64,000 nt of DNA from Octopus vulgaris (GCA_951406725.2 OX597815.1:10230001-10294000); one strand, 5' to 3'; counted from the stretch's first letter, positions 1 through 14,430 are shown. Program-made: numbers and translations. The notes: a model not told the origin generated them from the letters alone.

Positions 1-75
<75 letters not shown>

Positions 76-81
<6 letters not shown>

Positions 82-317
82 GAGTTTACGAAAAAAAAAC
101 AAAAGACGAAGACAGGTGATGTACAAAACAAACAGATGTATTAGTATAACGCTCAGGAATTGAAAAAGTCTTTTACGTTTCGAGCCTACGCTCTTCTACA
201 GAAAGAGACACAGAAAAAAACAAGGAGAGAAAAAAGGAGACAAAAACAAGGAGAGAAAAAACGGAGAGAAACAAGGAGCGAGAAAATGGGTGTAGTGGCT
301 AACGATCTATCATGGCA
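76..317 (-). mobile_element. (TA)n-embedded Penelope-type terminal-repeat mini-element with hammerhead-like motif (170-205)
   Basis: Minus strand CUUU-CUGUAGA-A-GAGC-GUAG-GCUC-GAAAC-GUA-AAAG. Homologous copies at 54376-54552 (+), 54800-54987 (-) and a partial at 51316-51405. Confidence 0.65.
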
Positions 318-694
318 ACTCATATATATATATATATATACATATAAACATACACATACATACACTTATACACGATTATTGAAACTCACGTACTGGAGTT
401 TCTGAAATAATTTATTTTTTCTTCTTTTTTTTAAAGCTACATGTGTTTCTGGTATCACATAATACTCCTAATTCATATTGATGCTTTATTATCAGCATTA
501 TACTGGCATGAGGGTTTAACGTAGCAGAAAATTGAGCCCCAACTTTCTAAGGCAATTTGTCAGGTATTTGGTGCATCGATAACTATATATATATAGTTAA
601 TCCAAACAAGAAAACACAAAAAAAACACAACAACGCGAGGACATGGAACAAATATAGTATTATTGGATGCTCAGGAAAGAAGGAAAGAAGGAGG

Positions 695-729
695 GTTTAA
701 CGTTTCGAGCGGAGCTTTTCGTCGGAAAC
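695..729 (-). ncRNA. Minimal type I hammerhead ribozyme motif (in element 594-800)
   Basis: GUUU-CCGACGA-AAAGC-UCC-GCUC-GAAAC-GUU-AAAC: stem I GUUU/AAAC, palindromic AACGUU stem III. Confidence 0.55.
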
Positions 730-906
730 ATAGGAGAAGGAAAGATCCAGAGAAGGGAAGACAGAGAAAAAAAAATCGCCAACGGTACACACGAGGTCAT
801 ATATATATATATATATATATATGTATAATAACAGTGTAGCAAAACGGCGGTGCATCAGCATGGCCGCAGCTATGAGCTGAAATTACAGCAAAAAAATATG
901 TATTTG

Positions 907-967
<61 letters not shown>

Positions 968-1295
968 ATGTATGCATGTGTGTGTGTATATGTATGTATG
1001 TATGCGTGCATTTATGTGTATATGGTTATATTGAGCTTCATATGTTTGCTGACAAGATCGCTGAATATGTCTTGCTTCTCAAGCGGTATTAATAGACTGT
1101 CTCGGAATATTGCATTCATCTAGCTTCTATCTTTGTCTCCGTTTCTATATTTGTAAACATCCATCCATCCATACACACACATACATACATGCATACATAC
1201 ATGCATAAATATATGCATAGATACGTACATACTTACATGTGCATATACACACATACACACACACACATACTTACACATATATATATATATATATG

Positions 1296-1391
1296 TGGGT
1301 ACACGTGATTATAATTTATGTAGACCAGATCGCGACAAGCTAGAGAAATAGAAAGAAGAAAGCAAAAATTGAAGGATCTATCTCGACACAA

Positions 1392-1400
<9 letters not shown>
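1296..1400 (+). repeat. About 105-bp direct repeat, second copy at 4326-4430; each copy is followed by (TATC)n
   Basis: GGGTACACGTGA.TATAATTTATGTAGACCAGATC...GAAGGATCTA.CTCGACACAAATCT in both. Confidence 0.9.
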
Positions 1401-1463
<63 letters not shown>

Positions 1464-1468
1464 CTGTG

Positions 1469-1646
<178 letters not shown>

Positions 1647-1647
1647 G

Positions 1648-3338
1648 TCTCATAGTGTCTAGCCACGAGCATATTGAGCTGGTCGGCGAGACACTGCAAG
1701 ACTACGAAGCGGTGACAGGAGCGAAAATCAACCGGGAAAAGTCAGTGGGCTTGCGGCTTGGCACCTGGAGAAGCAAGCCAATGCCGTCCATCAGCGCCTC
1801 CGTCGTGGGACGCTGGACCGACGGTCCGGTCGAGTTGCTCGGGGTCTGGTTTGGTCCGGACCTCCAAATAGAGAAGAACTGGAACGAGATAACGAGTAGG
1901 GTGGTCACTCCCGCCCGGCAATGGGCCGAGAGGAAACTGTCCCTAAAAGGTCGGGCGGAGGTGGCGAACACGTACATCGCGTCCGTCATCTACTACCGCC
2001 TGACCGTCGTGCTTGTCTCGATCCTACCATCACCAAACTAGAACGCATTCTCTTCCGCTTCTTGTGGAAAGGATGCGTCCCGATGGTCAGGCGATCCATT
2101 TGCTGTCAACACCCGTTAAAAGGAGCGCTTGGCATGCCGTGGTTGATGATGCGCAGACAGGCGCTGAGACTGCGACATCTCCGGCTCTACGTAGACGACG
2201 GTGAACAGGTGTGGTCGCCGTTTGTGAGGCACGCTTTCCCGCAACTCGTCTCCATGACCGAACTGCAGTCGTGGATCAAAAAGAGGCCGAGGAAGGGCGA
2301 ATGGCACCGCGAGTGTCGCGTTTCTCTCAAGCAACCATGCCGTCCTGGGTCGACCTTGAGCGACTTCAACACAACCAAAGCATTCTATAGGGTATTAGTG
2401 GAGGGGAGGTACGACGACGAGCTCGGTGCGAGCCTGGACGTCGACGAGGAGTACCTGACCTGCCTGTTCAGGACGACTTTCGGGCCGGGACCTTGGACAA
2501 CTTCCAGAGATCACTGGCCTGGCAGTGCTACCGCGAAGCGCTACCCATTCGGGATAAGCTCTACAGACACTGCTCGAGAAACACGGGGCCGACCTGTCCG
2601 AGATGCGGTCAGAGCGACTAAACCGTTCTGCACGCACTCGTGCAGTGTCCAACAATTTCCGACAAGCGGGCTTATGTCGAACGACTGCTTTCACGTGTGG
2701 GATGAGTCGGTTTATCAGCCGAGTCTATCGTCAATATCGTCACGCCTCCTTCCTTCAAACGGGAAGGAAGAGCTATTTTCATCATACTTGTAGCTATGGC
2801 GAAAGAATGTATCTGGTGGACGCGCCTGAAATGATTAGAGACAAACACTTTCCTCTCTGGTCAACCTCTCACCAACTTCTTCAAGTATCACTTGAAAAGG
2901 AAAGTGAGAGCAGAGAGGCAAGTTTTGTCTAGCGAATGTTTCAAAAAAAGATGGGTGAATGTAGCAAGGATGGCACGCATGAATGACAAAGCCACCTTGA
3001 GCATAATCCTATGAACCCGGAAAACTTTAAAACAGAGAGTTACTTACTTGCAAATAAATGTGTTAACATGTGACATTATTGACCGAGGTTACGGTGGTCT
3101 TTTCCGTAGGCTTTTCTTTCTACGGATAAACCTTATCTGCTTCCCCCTTTACATTTTACATCATGACATTTCTGTAATACATGATCCCTATTGATCGTTT
3201 TTTCCCCTTTTTTCTTCCTTTTAACGATCCCTTTTGATCGAAAACCTACCACACTTCTTTTTTTTCTCCCCAAAAAGAAAAGCTCTACTTTATAATTTGT
3301 CCCGTCTGTGTTCAGCCCTGTGTGGCTAATAAAGAAAC
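1648..3338 (+). mobile_element. 5'-truncated Tx1/L1-clade non-LTR retrotransposon (ORF2 C-terminal half with frameshifts and stops, plus 3' UTR)
   Basis: Post-YADD RT residues YEAVTGAKINREKS, LLGVWFG, WAERKLSLKGRAEVANTYIASVIYY, LFRFLWKG, PLKGALGMP; CCHC knuckle CPRCGQSD*TVLHALVQCP near 2595-2650; stop 3012-3014; AATAAA 3328-3333; GC-rich; (TATC)n on both sides. Confidence 0.92.
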
Positions 3339-3666
<328 letters not shown>

Positions 3667-4100
3667 GGCGTAGGAGTGGCTGTGTGGTAAGTAGCTTGCT
3701 TACGAACCTCATGGTTCCAGGTTCAGTCCCACTGCGTGGCACTTTGGGCAAGTGTCTTCTACTATTGCCTCGGTTCGACCAAAGCCTTGTGAGTGGATTT
3801 GGTAGACGGAAACTGAAAGAAGCCCGTCGTATATATGTAGGTGTGTGTATGTGTGTGTGTGTGTGTGTGTATGTGTGTGTGTGTGTGTGTGTATGTGTGT
3901 TTGTGTGTCTGTATTTGTCCCCCAACATCGCTTGACAACCGATGCTGGTGTGTTTACGTCTCCGATACTTCGCGGTTCGGCAAAACAGACCGATAGAATA
4001 AGTACTAGGCTTACAAAGAATAAGTTCTGGGGTCGATTTGCTCGACTAAAGGCAGTGCTCCAGCATGGCCACAGTCACATGACTGAAACAAGTAAAGAGT
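3667..4100 (+). mobile_element. tRNA-derived SINE family B (CORE-like) with internal (TA)/(TG) microsatellite
   Basis: GGAGTGGCTGTGTGGTAAG A-box, GGTTCAGTCCC B-box, TTGGGCAAGTGTCTTC core, tail GGC.GTGCTCCAGCATGGCC.CAG...GTAAA(A)GAG. Confidence 0.88.
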
Positions 4101-4214
4101 ATACTTACATTCATTTAAACATGGAAGTATATATATCCGTATGTGCGTGTGTGTATGCAGATGTGTGTGTATGCGTATGTGTGTGCGTGTGTGTGTGTGC
4201 GTGTGTGTGTGTGC

Positions 4215-4270
<56 letters not shown>

Positions 4271-4444
4271 ACACTTTATATGTGAATATAAACATGCAGG
4301 TGGTTACTTTATGAGTACGTGTGTAGGGTACACGTGACTATAATTTATGTAGACCAGATCTGCGACTAGCTGGAGAAATAGAGAGAAGAAAGCAAAAACA
4401 GAAGGATCTAACTCGACACAAATCTTTCTATCTGTCTGTCTATC

Positions 4445-4518
<74 letters not shown>

Positions 4519-4519
4519 G

Positions 4520-4587
<68 letters not shown>

Positions 4588-4678
4588 GTTTTCAAGCATG
4601 CTAGCTGGCTACCAAGCTATATACAAACACGCATGCAAATACTTATAAATAATTGTATATGTTTATACACGATGCATG

Positions 4679-4853
<175 letters not shown>

Positions 4854-4856
4854 TAT

Positions 4857-4895
<39 letters not shown>

Positions 4896-6010
4896 GTATA
4901 TATGTATGTATATCTATCTATCTATCTATCTATCTATATCTATCTATATATGTATGTATATATATATATGTGTATATATATATGTATATATATATATATA
5001 TATTCCTTGTTAGTAGGAGCACCTTACTAAGATGGAATGTTTGAGTTATATATATATATATATCTGTATATATATGTATACATATGTATATATGTGTATA
5101 TATATATATACCATATAATGCACGCGTACATATAATATATAATAAATATGTATCTACACATACACACACACACATACACACACACACAGAGAAACGCTCA
5201 CATGTGACAGCATTATCGACTTTATACGAATTAAACTCTACTAAATTTTATTTTAATGCTTTCTGTCCCGTTTGCATATCTGAACGTGTTTGTACGCCTG
5301 CATGTGTGTGTGTATGCAAACATGCATACATGTCCAGATATGCAAATGTATATATGTATTCATGTATGTATGTATCTATGAATGTGTGTGCGCATGCGTG
5401 CATATTGTCTTTCCCCGGACGTATTACTTACATAACAATATGTTCGGCTGTTGCTTCCTATTTCTTATTTTAGACCAAATGTTGATACTCGGTGAAAGCA
5501 AAATGACAGACGACATGATAATAGTTTTCGTACAGTCTTTTCCTTTTTCTCTACTCTAGATATTTTCACTGAAATTGTTTACATTTCACATTCTCTGCAG
5601 TTTGTTTTTCTCTTGGATGAAATATTTGTTGTCTTCGAATGTTTTGTTTGTTTTTTTTTTTCCTGAAAATGATGCGTCAATAAAAAATATATATATTTGT
5701 GCATCGGTATTTTTGTCAACTTTGTTGTTTGTGTTTGTGTTTGACTAGACATGTCAAAATGGGCAAGAATAATAATAAAGAAAACAACAACAAAATATCA
5801 GGCAAAAATAAAAACAGACAAGGACGAAAACAAAATGAAAATAAGTGTAATAAATAAATAAGAAATCGCATAAATAAATGACAAATCGCATGCATATACA
5901 TGCAAATACACACGCAACCACACACACAAACTATATACACTCTCTTTCTCTCTCTCTCTCTCACACACACACGTGTGTGTATGCACACAGTAACGTTAAT
6001 TTCGAGTATG

Positions 6011-6513
6011 TGGACCCTCTAAACTTCTCTTCACTCTCGACATCAAGAGCCTATACACGGTGATCCCTCACAAAATACCTAATCTCAATTCTCTTATCTT
6101 AGGATTCTGCTATGAAACAAAGTTGCGATGTCTTCAAGATTATGGTTTTCTACTCGCCTTTGTTGTCCTCATTGTCCGCATCCCTCGCACCCCAACAATT
6201 TACTTCCTCCCCAAATTCACAAACGTAACAATCCTAGCCGCCCCATTGTCTCCCCCTGCAACTGCTCCACCGAACTCATCTCCAAGATGTCTTGACCGTA
6301 TCTTTGCCCCTAGTGGCTTCCCTCTCCTCTCACATCCATGACACCAACCATGCTCTTCATTTGTTCAACTCGTTCTCCTTCCCTCCTGGACCCTCTAAAC
6401 TTCTCTTCACTCTCGACATCAAGAGCCTATATACGGTGATCCCTCACAAAATACCTAATCCCAATTCTCTTATCTTAGGATTCTGCCATGAAACAATGCG
6501 CGATGTCTTCAAG
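6011..6513 (+). mobile_element. Penelope-like element RT fragment with a local 127-bp duplication
   Basis: PRTPTIYFLPK(I)HK.NNP.RPIVS...LDRIFAPLVASLSSHIHDTNHAL...LFTLDIKSLYTVIPH (frameshifted) are typical PLE RT motifs; 6011-6138 is repeated at 6387-6513. Confidence 0.85.
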
Positions 6514-6803
6514 TCTCAGACCTTATTAAAATTTTGAGGGCCTTTGGAATTGATGATGATCAGTACCTTCCTTAATCACAGCAAGCCTTTTTATAATGAA
6601 CTCGTACATCCATTATATATGAATCTACACCCTGCCTCCACCCCAATACAACTCCCCCTCCCTGGGCATTTACAAATGTCCTTGTATTAAAAGGTCACGA
6701 AACGCCTGCTAACACAGCAACTTGACACATTAAGAAACCTAACAATGCTATATTATAGCTAGAAATAAACAGACATTATTATAACAGTACATTATTAAAT
6801 AAA

Positions 6804-7188
6804 TCTCTCTCTATATAAAGATGAAGTTGTCTGTGTATGGCAGGTTTGGCAGCCTTCAACTAACACTATCTTCTCCGAAGCCTGCGGTGCGAGTTGACCA
6901 AAATTGAGATAGAAGAAGGTTTGCTCTTCCTTCCGTAGAAGAAAAACTTCAAATCGGACCATGTTAACACCAAAAATTATTTACATTAAAAAGGTGCTTT
7001 TTTCCTATGAAAACCCCTATTTTTTACGATTTTCTGACTGCTGTGTGGGCTTTTTTCGGTGTATTTCAACCAGAAAAATGTTCACTTAAAGAGAATAACA
7101 AGCTACATAATGCAAAATTTTTACTTTTCAAAAATTCCAATTCTAAAGGGTCGAAACAAACCCGAGCAACGCCGTGCGATACTGCTAG
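6804..7188 (+). mobile_element. Non-autonomous Helitron
   Basis: A|TC 5' end, CTAG|T 3' end, subterminal GC-rich hairpin CCCGAGCAACGCCG; 3' end shared with 63461-63840. Confidence 0.75.
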
Positions 7189-7738
7189 TACTGGATATTT
7201 TTATAATGCAGTAATATATATTTTCCAGTGTCAAAAAAAAAAAAAAACTCATAAAAGAAAAGAATTGTCAAAACAGTTGTACGTATCGACGTATCGCGAA
7301 ACTTTTTCGCAGTGTGGAAGGCGGTTACTGAAGCCGAAACTAAGCCTTTTGTCTGTAAATTTTTCAAATTACTAGAGAAAGCAAAAGGGCATAGAACAAC
7401 TTAATTAAGCTAAATTATAATGTGACGACACTAAAAGTAGAATTCTGTACAGCAACAAAAATTTAGCAAAAATTTTCGATCGCTAAATGACGATATTTGA
7501 TGACGTTTTTGATACTTACACATCATTGTCACATCAAGAAAGAAGTCTAAACTAGAGTTCCAGAAGAGAAATCACCTATTTTCCCAAACCCAGTAACTCA
7601 ACTGGTACTTATTCCAACGACCCCGAAAAGAATTTGAACTCAGAACGTAAATAAGGACAATTATAACATTCATACGAAGGGCTCATGAATAAAGAAAAAA
7701 GTAATGATTCAATGTGAGCGCTTATATATGGATACACA

Positions 7739-7972
7739 GAAGGCAGCGAGCTGGTAGAAACGTTAGCGCGCCGGGCGAAATGCTTAGCGGTATTTCGTCT
7801 GTCGTTACTTTCTGAGTTCAAATTCCGCCGAGGTCGACTTTGCCTTTTATCCTTTCGGAGTCGATTAAATAAGTACCAGTTTCGCACTGGGGTCGATGTA
7901 ATCGACTTAATCTCTTTGTTTATCCTTGTTTGTCCCCTCTATGTTTAGCCCCTTGTGGACAGTAAAGAAATG
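7739..7972 (+). mobile_element. tRNA-derived SINE family A, monomer with Tx1-like tail
   Basis: A-box-like TGGTAGAAACGTTAG, B-box GAGTTCAAATTCC, core GCCTTTYATCCTTTCGG.GTCGAT; TSD TATATATGGATACACA at 7723-7738 and 7973-7988. Confidence 0.88.
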
Positions 7973-8230
7973 TATATATGGATACACATCTACACCCACG
8001 GATACACACGCAACGCTGAACGTTCTTTCGTTATCTGATCAGAGACAAATTATGAGAAATGCTCTAATCCCACCATCACTGTGATGAAGCCCCTTGTGGA
8101 CAGTAAAGAAATATATATATGGATACACATCAATACACACGGATACACACGCAACGCTGAACGGTCTTTCGTTATCTGATCAGAGACAAATTATGAGAAA
8201 TGCTCTAATCCCACCATCACTGTGATGAAG
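7947..8230 (+). repeat. Tandem duplication of about 140 bp including the SINE tail and its flank
   Basis: 7947-8087 repeated at 8088-8228; AGC microhomology at the junction. Confidence 0.9.
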
Positions 8231-8295
8231 CGAACTTCTTCAACCCTTAGATACACACACACACACACACACATACACACACACACACACACAAT

Positions 8296-8602
8296 GGGTG
8301 CAGTTTGCTTCCCAACCACATGCTTACGGGTTTAGTTCCACTGTGTAGTACCTTGTGAGTAGATTTGGCTGACGGAAACTGAAAGAAGCCCGTCGTATGT
8401 GTGTGTGCGTGTGCGTGTGTGTTTGTGTGCATGTGTGTTTGTCTCCGTAACTTAGCGGTTCGGCAAAAGAGACCGATAAAATAAGTACTAGGCTTACAAA
8501 GTGTAAGTCCTGGGGTCGATTTCTTCGCCTAAAACCCTTTAAGGCGATGCTCCAGCATGGCCGCAGTTAAGCGACTGAAACTAGTAAAAGAATAAAAGAA
8601 TA
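8296..8602 (+). mobile_element. SINE family B, internally deleted copy
   Basis: Homology to 3667-4100. Confidence 0.75.
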
Positions 8603-8637
8603 TATATGTATGTGCACGCGCGTGTGTGTATGTGTAT

Positions 8638-8675
<38 letters not shown>

Positions 8676-8727
8676 ATTCCCGATCATGTGACTATGAAAC
8701 ATTCACTTTTGCGCGCGTGTGTGTGTA

Positions 8728-8759
<32 letters not shown>

Positions 8760-8849
8760 TGTGTGTGTGTATGTGTGTGCATTCCCGATCATGTGACTAT
8801 GAAACATTCACTTTTTATTGTCTTCTTTTTCTCTCTGTTTCTGCAAAAG

Positions 8850-9650
8850 CTTTAGAATTCGGTAATGGTTTCATTCTAATTAACACTCTGACATTGATAT
8901 ATGGATATTATTACGTAGCATACAAGGAAACCTTTTCTATTCCACAATAATACTTCTTGGCTTTATCGCAATGACCATGTATTGTCTGATGTAACATTGG
9001 CATTTCCCAATGAATATTAGCTTTGTGAATAAATTGTATATTTTGAGGTTTATTCTGGGGGATAACACTCCATACAGTTCAGTTTTACTTTTCTCTAATA
9101 AAAGTCTGTTCATTCTATGTGGGGTAAATGGCCATACAACGGATGCTATTAGGACCGAATTTGCAAATATGTTTAAAATGAATTCGACTGAAAGAATACA
9201 GCGAATACGAATCTAAGCGTAGTTAATTTCTTAGATATGACTTTGCGTTTAGGTACTGCTAAATCCTGCCCCTTTTAGCAAACAACGAAACTTTTCTATA
9301 CATTCCTATTAATACTAACCTTTCCACAATGTCTCTTAAAAGTCTTTGTAGCATCAGTAGGCTCATATCCAGCAAATCCTTTGATGAGGAATTCTTTAAT
9401 GGCACCGCTCGTTAATACAACGGCACATTGAAGATAGAATACATCACAGAACAACGCTAATATTTATAAACGCAAAAATAGAGAACGAAAGATCATATCA
9501 AACAATCTCCACATTGTGTAAATGCTTATTTTAATGCCACCAGGATTTCCCCAAACCTTCTAAATAAGCATTTCTTCATTGAGAGATATAAGATCGTAAA
9601 TAAAAATACCATTAAAGGGAAATACAATCGTACAATAGATTTCACTGATT
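8850..9650 (+). pseudogene. Highly decayed Penelope-like element RT/thumb region
   Basis: Piecewise translation [37 protein letters not shown]...ISSKSFDEEFFNG...YNGTLK and LLNKHFF...NKNTIK parallels the Penelope ORF consensus; many stops and frameshifts. Confidence 0.7.
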
Positions 9651-10302
9651 TTATCGGCAGGCAGCGTTAACATAAGAAATATTTCCAGTGCGAATATTCA
9701 AAAGCTTTCCTATCATGTAACAGGAATAACTCTAATATCAGTATTTTAACAGTATATCTCTTTCTAAAGCAATAGTTTATTGGGTAAAATACTTCCTTGC
9801 AGATGACAGTGAAATAAAATCGTATATAAGGCTCTCAGAAAAACCTTAAAAAATAGGCTATCGTAGCATATTTATACATTCAGAAACCCAGGAAGACGTC
9901 CTACTAGTTTGCTATTAAAGGATAAGATCAACTGATTCGTTATAGAACAAACGTTTGTTTTCCTTCATTTTTGTTTCTAGAAAGTGCGATTTCTCTCTTC
10001 TCTCTCTTTCTCTTTCTTTCTTTTCCTCTGTCTAAAAAATTTAACATTTTGATACAGCATTTTTCAACTTTGAACAAAAAATCTGAATTGGTAAATTCGT
10101 GCAGACATTGCCTGTAATATGAATGTTCAGCTACAAAACCTTATTTCTACACAACGGATATGCCGTGAAAAGACGGCATGATATTTCGAAAACACTCATA
10201 TGTTTATGATCGGGATTTCACCAGTAAGAGGCGCTTCTTTCTGGTATTTTGAGAATGGTATTGAGAAGTGGAAAATGTTTTCAAAAGAGAACAGATAATA
10301 AT

Positions 10303-10714
10303 GGCGAGCTGGCAGAATCGTTAGCACGCCGGGCGAAATGCTTAGAGGTATTTCGTCTGCCGTTACGTTGTGAGTTCAAATTCCGCCGAGGTCGAATTTG
10401 CCTTTCATCCTTTCGGGGTCGATAAATTAAGTACCAGTTACGTACTGGGGTCGATGTAATCGACTTAATACCTATGTCTGTCCTTGTTTGTCCTCTCTGT
10501 GTTTAGCCCCTTGTGGGTGGTAAAGAATTAGGTATTTCGTCTGTCTTTACGTTCTGAGTTCAAATTCCGCCGAGGCCGACTTTGCCTTTCATCCTTTCGG
10601 GGTCGATAAATTAAGTACCAGTTACGTACTGGGGTCGATGTAATCGACTTAATACCTATGTCTGTCCTTGTTTGTCCTCTCTGTGTTTAGCCCCTTGTGG
10701 GCAATAAAGAAATA
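10303..10714 (+). mobile_element. SINE family A dimer (head plus 2 x 184-bp unit)
   Basis: Units 10347-10530 and 10531-10714; junction AAGAATTA|GGTATTTCG. Confidence 0.9.
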
Positions 10715-10770
10715 GATGATAACGCCATGTTTGCATAAGGTAGGATAAATTGTGACGCGTTTTCTAAAGC

Positions 10771-10845
<75 letters not shown>

Positions 10846-11087
10846 ACACGCACACACACACACACACATTCACACACACATGTATCTAACAAATGAGAGA
10901 AAGAGAAAATGGAATTCACGAGGGACCGATGCAAGATGGGTCGAAACGATCGTCGTGATTAATAAAGAATACTGTGAATTCCATTTTTTCTTTCCCCCGT
11001 TCGGTAGATACTTGACGGACACTGAGGAATTCCTGAGGTAGATCCAGTGGCATTTATATCCATACTGTTGATGATATCAGGTAACCG

Positions 11088-12022
<935 letters not shown>

Positions 12023-12130
12023 ATACGCATGCGTGTGTATGCGATTAAATAAACGACAAGGGTGCAGGAATTACGCCATCAGCTCCATTAGCTGTTCTTA
12101 TGTCATTTATTTAATTTCACAATTGGGTCG

Positions 12131-12277
12131 GTTTCCGTCTGCCAAATCTACTCACAAGGCTTTGGTCGGCGCGAGGCCATAGTAGGAGACACTTACCTAA
12201 GGTGCCACGCAGTGGGACTGAACCTGGAACCATGTGGCTGGTAAGCAAGCGACTTACCATACAGCCACTCCTGCGCC
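12131..12277 (-). mobile_element. SINE family B 5' half, inverted
   Basis: Reverse complement of the family B head and core. Confidence 0.85.
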
Positions 12278-12371
12278 TAATAATTTTCAAATAAATAACT
12301 AAAATATTTAATAGAATATTTAAAAATATTTAATATATTTAATATATTTAAAATATTTAAAATATTTAATA

Positions 12372-12790
12372 GGCACAGGAGTGGCTGTGTGGTAAGTAGC
12401 TTGTTTACCAACCATATTGTTCCGGGTTCAGTCCCACTGCGTGGCACATTGGGCAAGTGTCTTCTACTATAGCCTCGGGCCAACCAAAGCCTTGTGAGTG
12501 GATTTGGTAGACGGAAACTGAAAGAAGCCTATCGTATATATGTACATATATGTATATGTATGTGTGTGTGTGTTTGTGTGTCCGTGTTTGTCCCCCTAGC
12601 ATTGCTTGACAACCGATGCTGGTGTGTTTATGTCCCTGTTACTTAGCGGTTCGGCAAAAAGAGACCGATAGAATAAGTACTGGGCTTACAAAAGAATAAG
12701 TCCCGGGGTCGAGTTGCTCGATTAAAGGCGGTGCTCCAGCATGGCCGCAGTCAAATGACTGAAACAAGTAAAAGAGTAAAAGAGTAAAGA
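12372..12790 (+). mobile_element. SINE family B, full length
   Basis: Near-identical to 13469-13905. Confidence 0.9.
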
Positions 12791-13019
12791 ATAAAAACTT
12801 TCAATTATGACATTCACCCTTCTCTTGTATATTGTTTTATTGTTGTATATATGTAAATGCAAATGTTCTGGGTAATAAAAATTATGGAAACTTATAAAAA
12901 TATTAGCTTGGTCATTCTCACCTTCACACACAACCTTCATAATACTGTGCACTACCAATGATGAATTGTAAAGAAACACCGTTTCGACCCTGTGCTTGAG
13001 GAGACCTTTTGAGTCAAGT

Positions 13020-13212
13020 ACAGGTTGCGGATTCCTTGGAACAAGCTGCCAGACGAGATGGTAAAGATGCCGACGACCGCTTTGTTCAAAGCCTCCCTGG
13101 ACCTCAAGTGGCCTGAACTCTTTACATGAACACCACCCTGTACTTGACTCCATGTCCCCCTACATGGCCTTGCTATTTGCTTTTGAGCCAAATTAACTAA
13201 CTAACTAACTAA
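13020..13212 (+). mobile_element. CR1-type LINE 3' end
   Basis: WNKLPDEMVKMPTTALFKASLD is the WNxLP...FK..LD C-terminal motif; short 3' UTR ending in (AACT)n. Confidence 0.75.
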
Positions 13213-13468
13213 TTACATCAACATAAAAAAAAAAGCTTCTGACCACACAGCCACAAATGCTCTTTGTTTAAGTAAACAGCCGATAATATTTGTTCGGAAA
13301 GAGATAAATTCATTTTCTTGACATTTAGAGAGCTACGACTTCACTCAAATGTTGAACTTCATTTTCAAGTAGTTTTCATATTTTAAGTCGGCAAAAAAAT
13401 CGATTAAAGTTAAAGAAGTTCAGATGAGTCTTTTTTGTTTTTGCTTTCGTTTTAAAATCTGTGTAATA

Positions 13469-13905
13469 GGCGCAGGAGTGGCTGTGTGGTAAGTAGCTTG
13501 CTAACCAGCCACATGGTTCCGGGTTCAGTCCCACTGCGTGGCACCTTGGGTAAGTGTCTTCTGCTATAGCCCCGGGCCGACCAATGCCTTGTGAGTGGAT
13601 TTGGTAGACGGAAACTGAAAGAAGCCTGTCGTATATATGTATATATATATATATGTGTGTGTGTATGTGTGTGTGTTTGTGTGTGTGTGTGTTTGTCCCC
13701 CTAGCATTGCTTGACAACCGATGCTGGTGTGTTTACGTCCCCGTCACTTAGCGGTTCGGCAAAAGAGACCGATGGAATAAGTACTGGGCTTACAAAGAAT
13801 AAGTCCCGGGGTCGATTTGCTCGACTAAAGGCGGTGCTCCAGCATGGCCGCAGTCAAATGACTGAAGCAAGTAAAAGAGTAAAAGAGTAAAAGAGTAAAA
13901 GAGTA
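13469..13905 (+). mobile_element. SINE family B, full length with (GTAAAAGA)n tail
   Basis: Head, core, internal microsatellite and tail all intact. Confidence 0.9.
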
Positions 13906-14236
13906 ATGATTTGGTAACGCGATCTGTTGCGTCTGAATTGGCTGTCACTAGGTATTTTCACTGATATTCGCAAAAGCGAGTCAAAGCAATGTACGAACAG
14001 ACACGTTCTGTTTGATGAAGAAAAAATAATGTCATTTCTGGCATATTTATGGAAATTTGGACCAGATTTGCTACTTGAAGTGTACATCTGGGAATGATAA
14101 TAACCTTGGGTAGCTACTGTGATATGCAAGGACATATCGTAGAGCTGCTTCAAGAGCATATACTGATTTGACTTCAGTCTCAAAAACTTCCGGACACACG
14201 AGAAAACTTTTGCTTGCTTAGCTCTATACAAGTACA

Positions 14237-14430
14237 TACGAAGGGGTGCTGAAAAGTTCCTGGCTTTGAGTAAAAGAAAATACAGGTGGATCAGTTAATT
14301 AATGATTTTATTCAACGTATTCCTCTCCCCCCTCTCAGATTTACACACTTATTGCGGCGGTCCTTCAGTTTTTCTAGGCCCTATAAAAAGATTCGGAAAG
14401 TTGAACCTCCAATCAGGCCTTTCGCAATAC
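14237..14430 (-). mobile_element. mariner terminal fragment (ITR plus transposase C-terminus)
   Basis: TA-CGAAGGGGTGCTGAAAAGTTCC ITR-like end; minus strand encodes GLEKLKDRRNKCVNLRG...EYVE*. Confidence 0.7.
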
